A DNA stretch of 64,000 nucleotides, taken from contig CM120644.1 in the NCBI GenBank assembly GCA_051362555.1, positions 13,724,567 through 13,788,566 on the forward strand, given 5' to 3'. This document shows positions 60,501 through 64,000 of the stretch, in pieces (position 1 is the stretch's first letter; each line of letters starts with the position of its first letter). Origin of the DNA: Lingula anatina (Eukaryota > Animalia > Brachiopoda). A program made the translations under genes and the position numbers. The notes under the pieces were generated by a model. That model did no database searches and was not told the DNA's origin. It worked only from the letters and a program-made list of their open reading frames with translations.

Positions 60501-63500
60501 ACCTCTTTTTCGGTCCTAGTCTGGTGGCGCATTTGTCCAGCATTTATCAGGCACACAGTCGAATACGAGGTTTGCTTAAGGAGAGCGTTTTATCTTTCAT
60601 TTCAACTAGATAATTCATACTGGTACGAGGTAAACATTGGTGTATATCGTTATCAAGGCCACATACACTATCGTGCTGGGGGGCACGTTCTGTCGGTATA
60701 ACGTGACAGTGCCCCCCCCCCCCCCCCCCCCCATGATAGAGAATCCGCTTCCCTTTCACTGGTAAGCCTCGCCCTAGATTTTGACCCACTTAGGTTACGC
60801 TTACCCTAACTATTAGAACTAAATGGAGGACGAACTTTCTGTTAATGCCCCTATTTCACACAGACCACGAATCCCACGAATGGCCATGAATCGACAAATT
60901 TCACGATTCGTGGTTGAATCGTAATCAGTTCTTGAAGTTCTTAACAGATTCGTATATATTCGTAGTCAGTTCTTGCACTTCTTGACCAACAGGAATGGGT
61001 GGCAAAAACTTTGATACCCCTATTTCACACAGACCACGAATCCCACGAATCGCCAGGAATTGAAAATTTGGTTGAATCGTAATCAGTTCGTGAAGTTCTT
61101 AACAGATTCGTATATAATCGTGGCAAGTTCTTGGAATTCTTGATCAATCGGGAATTCGTGGCAAAAATTTTGAGCTGTTCATAGTTTTGGCCACGAACTC
61201 CCGATTCCAAAAAAATCGTAGTGAATTTCTGGACAATATTTGTGCGATTCCAGCCGAATCCCACGAATATTCGTAACACTATCGCACCTGTATCGTAACT
61301 GAATCGTAGAGCGTGTCGAATTAGACCAGAAAATTGGCAAAATCTCACGATTCCAGCCGAATCCCACGAATATTCGTAACACTATCGTACCTGTATCGTA
61401 AGTGAATCGTGAGCGTGTCGAATAAGACCAGAAAATTGGCAAAATCTCACGAATCCTCACGAATCCTGAAATTTGTCAATTCCTGGCGATTCGTGGGATT
61501 CGTGGTCTGTGTGAAATAGGGGCCTAAACGGACCCTCAATTTCGTTACACCGGGGTTACACTGGTGTCACAGGCGTTAAATTGGGCCTCTCTTTCATAGT
61601 GACTTTCAATTCAAATATGCTCACTCTGGCGTTTTTATAATCGTTTTTTTTTTACATTTTTCGGTCAGCATTATAAAAATATGTTACAAAGCGTATTCAT
61701 ATCATTATTCGTGCTACAAGTAGGTGTTCTTTGTCAAGTCAAAACGGGGTAACTTCTTCTTATCCCCACCTCACGCGGATACTGGTACGTTTTTTTTTTT
61801 TTTTTTTTTTTTTTTTGTCTTATATGACGTCACGGTCTCGCGTTAAAGGTCGAGAAGTTGCGAGAGAATAAAGACGCATCCTTGCTACATCTAGGCGTAT
61901 GGTCACTGTGAAACTGTAAAGGTTCAAAAACAATTTAACAGAAATTATATAACGGACTTACCTCGTTCCCCAATCATAACCAGAAAACAAAGGCGCCTCC
62001 ATGTCGCCGATGCCGTCGAACTGTCCTGAAAATTCGTCGAAACCGTCCTCGCTCCCCGCCGTTGTCGCATGAAGTCCGACTCCTTGCGTATCGGTCATGA
62101 AGTTGCCAACCTTGCTATCGAACGGTCGTGGTACCTCGAATGTGTAGAGTGCGACTGGGCCCAGATCTGGAATATGACGTAATTATTTACAAGTCAAAAA
62201 ATGTTTTCTTTTTGTGATATCATTATTATTTCATATTAGTGTTTTTAATTTTTTAAATAATACCAGGCCTACCCAACTACCAGACTCGGCACCGAATGAT
62301 CCTGAATTCACCGGTAAATCGGACCACACTACCCGTTTTCAAGGTGTGAGTCAGTACGCATTACAAAGTATCAGACGCGACACCGCTCTTGCCTAGTACG
62401 CGATGTGATAGTGACGATTCTCAGCGGGGTTGAAAAGCATTGCATTTCCACTCAAAATTTGTTCAGGGTATGATACTGTGTAATGCGTACTGACTCACAC
62501 CTTGAAAACGGGTGGTGAGGTCTGATCTACCGGTGAATTCAGGATCATTCGGTGCCGAGTCTGGTAGTTGGATAGGCCTGAATACGACCAGTAAAGAATT
62601 GCGAACCCTGTTGCATGGAAAGAATTTGTCGATAGTGAGACAAAAGATTTTTTCAGCAATGACAGAAACTGCATTATGCTCATATGTATAGTATTTGTAT
62701 CTAAGAATAAGGTGTTGGCGTACATGTTCAGGTATGTACAGCAGCCGGTTTCAAATTTGTTTCAAATTATTATTTTTTTTCAAGGCAATGATGCAGGATC
62801 TAAAATATCTTATAAAATGACATCAAAACCATGACAGGAAATTATGGGCATATGATCCATTAAACATGTTTAATTTTACAATTTGACAAAGTATAATTAA
62901 ACCGAATTCCATGTTTTTTGCATATTACTGCCCTTTGAGCTACTTCTAAAAAAATTTGTCATCTAATTTTTTAGTCATCTAATTTTTTAGGTTCCTTTTT
63001 ATAGAACAGCCTCAGACGCGCACTTGAACGACCAGTAACTACCAAACAACATTTCCACGATAGGAGGTATATATGTATATAACTATACAGTTTTAAACTT
63101 TCCCAAAGTTAGAGGGATATTAACTGTTCTTATGTGTTTCATAAATTATTGCAATATCTCAATGAATATTATTAAATACATAGTAAACAACTCATAGAAA
63201 TATATAAAATTCCATTTTACCACCAAAACAACGGTTATCACAACAATTCCGCAGTCTGTGCTTGCCTTCAGACCACATTGACCTTCACAGAAGGCTATAC
63301 CTCCGTTTTTGTCCAAAACGAACAGTTGTAATCTCTTTAAAAGATGTTTGAAAAAATCAAGAAAATAACTCCCATACCCGGTGGCACACACTCGCAGCGG
63401 TTCGGATTGACGGAGAAAATCAGATGACCACAACTGACCCTCTGGACAAACCCGTCTACATTGGCCTTTCTGTAGTACACGTGGCTGTTACGTGGCTCCT

Positions 63501-63542
63501 CACAGTATGTGTAGCCAGTGTCAAACCTTGCCTTACAACACT
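54583..63542 (-). CDS. Extracellular matrix-type protein with a Cys-rich chitin-binding-like module and a C-terminal laminin-G/concanavalin-A-like domain (Pif-like), 5'-partial
   Basis: Six phase-consistent minus-strand GT-AG exons: 63542-63378 (CCKARFDTGYTYC...VSCGHLIFSVNPNRCECVPP), 62166-61962 (DLGPVALYTFE...FDGIGDMEAPLFSGYDWG), 58235-58028 (LTVSFFYK...AILANGNCDIPP), 57490-57373 (SWVGVVTTFNS), 55126-55020 (PLNIGRD...FVGKLDQ), 54660-54583 (VQIYRRAL...TAG). The LamG_3 strand pattern runs from start to end; the Pif-like label is an inference. Confidence 0.8.
55183..55726. mobile_element. Foldback-type MITE with ~160-bp near-perfect TIRs
   Basis: GAGCGCATTCTCAACGAATTAAGCC...CTCGGCTCCG (55183-~55347) mirrored at ~55573-55726; TTT on both flanks; 3-bp TSD consistent with PIF/Harbinger. 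Confidence 0.88.
55790..57110 (+). mobile_element. 5'-truncated non-LTR retrotransposon (LINE, RTE-X-like ORF2 3' part)
   Basis: ORF 55762-57036 has the RT catalytic LLLMDDTVILA, MNQSKT, YCYLGA thumb and C-terminal RFRLSSHRLAIETGRW...C.C...TELHVISKC Zn-knuckle-like motif. It ends in AATAAA (57088) followed by a (CTA)n tail. Clade assignment is tentative. Confidence 0.9.
57201..57347. mobile_element. hAT-like MITE, second copy of the 29359 element
   Basis: CAAGGGCGGAT...GATCCGCTCCTG; interior CCGTCTTCTGGG..TTCTGGAAGACG and CTGTCAGAAAATATCTCTGG shared. Confidence 0.7.
57556..57730. mobile_element. Palindromic MITE (family E), TSD TTA
   Basis: TTA|GGCCGCATTCAGAGCAGTGAACTAACTAGTCC...GGACTAGTTAGTCCACTGTTCTGTGTGCGGCA|TTA. 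Confidence 0.82.
59499..60398 (-). CDS. Intronless secreted violaxanthin de-epoxidase-like (VDE/VDL family) Cys-rich + lipocalin protein, 299 aa
   Basis: Signal peptide; CIQEKCLEEYTSCAKTKLCEDAFQCFC...RCFQYYNDDVLYRLAACAVTREGCI resembles the VDE Cys-rich domain; FDIRTLADTWFVYRG...DCYDCQ, SDEFRIL, YVLAYYCG and AEQAAASNGYDLNKFCAPNN resemble the VDE lipocalin motifs. Good Kozak context (GAAGATGG); ATTAAA ~125 nt past the stop. Confidence 0.8.
   Translation of the reverse strand: MVARHYIIVALFLSPLLLFPSAISWSKLPGNGRGVNVTCIQEKCLEEYTSCAKTKLCEDAFQCFCNKSVTQCMYDALWDLRCFQYYNDDVLYRLAACAVTREGCITPNPPMPEYKCKKPTNLYPKFDIRTLADTWFVYRGYPAGYHIPVPPVDCYDCQSYTFSYDLYNTTACQGKKQYSVNIRADLQRNFTYKSLFVVKSPTGNIIQSTGTEFGLFRSDEFRILDYYYWGSATGYVLAYYCGTFGFWPTEGVIMLIRPWLFHLPPDVIRRAEQAAASNGYDLNKFCAPNNEPYATCYRT
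60846..61524. mobile_element. Compound non-autonomous DNA transposon (Harbinger-like), TSD TAA
   Basis: TAA|TGCCCCTATTTCACACAGACCACGAATCCCACGAAT...ATTCGTGGGATTCGTGGTCTGTGTGAAATAGGGGCC|TAA; the left end recurs at ~61015 and there is an internal ~102-bp tandem duplication (~61246-61450). Confidence 0.88.
62264..62580. mobile_element. MITE with ~110-bp TIRs and 5-bp TSD (hAT5-like)
   Basis: AATAC|CAGGCCTACCCAACTACCAGACTCGGCACCG...CGGTGCCGAGTCTGGTAGTTGGATAGGCCTG|AATAC. Confidence 0.85.
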
Positions 63543-64000
63543 CTGAAAAGTGAAAAGAATTAATGGAATAAAAATCATTTATTTGTATGGTGTGGCATTA
63601 ATGGTTTATAATTTCGTCGGACTTTTAATATGTTATATCTGTTTATGTGACCTTAATTTATTCATTTACTTTGTGTCAATCCAAATAAGAAGGATTATTC
63701 ATAATATTCCCGTGGTGTCAAATAGCTAGAAAACGCAGAGAAAAGTATTCGAAGAAAATGAATATACGTGCCTGTATATTGCGGTGTGAGTGAACGGGAG
63801 TATGCAAATTAAATAAATGAATGAATGAATGAGTTTAAGACTTGAAGCATTAATCTATTGTAAAACACATTCGCTTCTTTTGCAAAAATACTAATTATAA
63901 TCGCCGATGACTTCTTTGCACAAATTTAGTAACAAAATTAAAATAAATTTTATTAACTTACGAGCACCAGCGGCTATGCTTATCACTGGTGGCGGTGGAA

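Noticed and set aside
60846-61524. CRISPR-like appearance of recurring CACGAAT repeats
   Set aside because: Eukaryotic context, no regular unique spacers, bounded by TIRs and a TAA TSD; it is a DNA transposon.
63146-63433. 95-aa minus-strand ORF
   Set aside because: Overlaps the true exon 63542-63378 out of frame and continues into intron.

Overview
AT-rich, intron-rich animal genomic DNA, probably from a marine invertebrate; the species cannot be determined from the sequence. Exons were reconstructed by hand using GT-AG sites and phase continuity. The window holds: the 3' 17 exons of RECK (+); a tandem pair of ASIC-like DEG/ENaC channel genes (+), the first frameshifted by a 59-nt deletion and the second intact (502 aa); a 5-exon cytosolic sulfotransferase (+); and the last six exons of a minus-strand gene with a Cys-rich, chitin-binding-like module plus a laminin-G/ConA-like domain (Pif-like), which the ORF track misses. 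The most striking element is an intronless 299-aa secreted protein resembling the plant/algal violaxanthin de-epoxidase (VDE/VDL) family (Cys-rich domain + lipocalin). It is nested on the same strand inside an intron of the LamG gene and is a candidate horizontally acquired carotenoid-handling gene. The window also contains a 5'-truncated non-LTR retrotransposon, many MITEs (Harbinger-like with 3-bp TSDs, hAT-like with 5-6-bp TSDs) and microsatellites. All family assignments come from motif recognition, not database searches.
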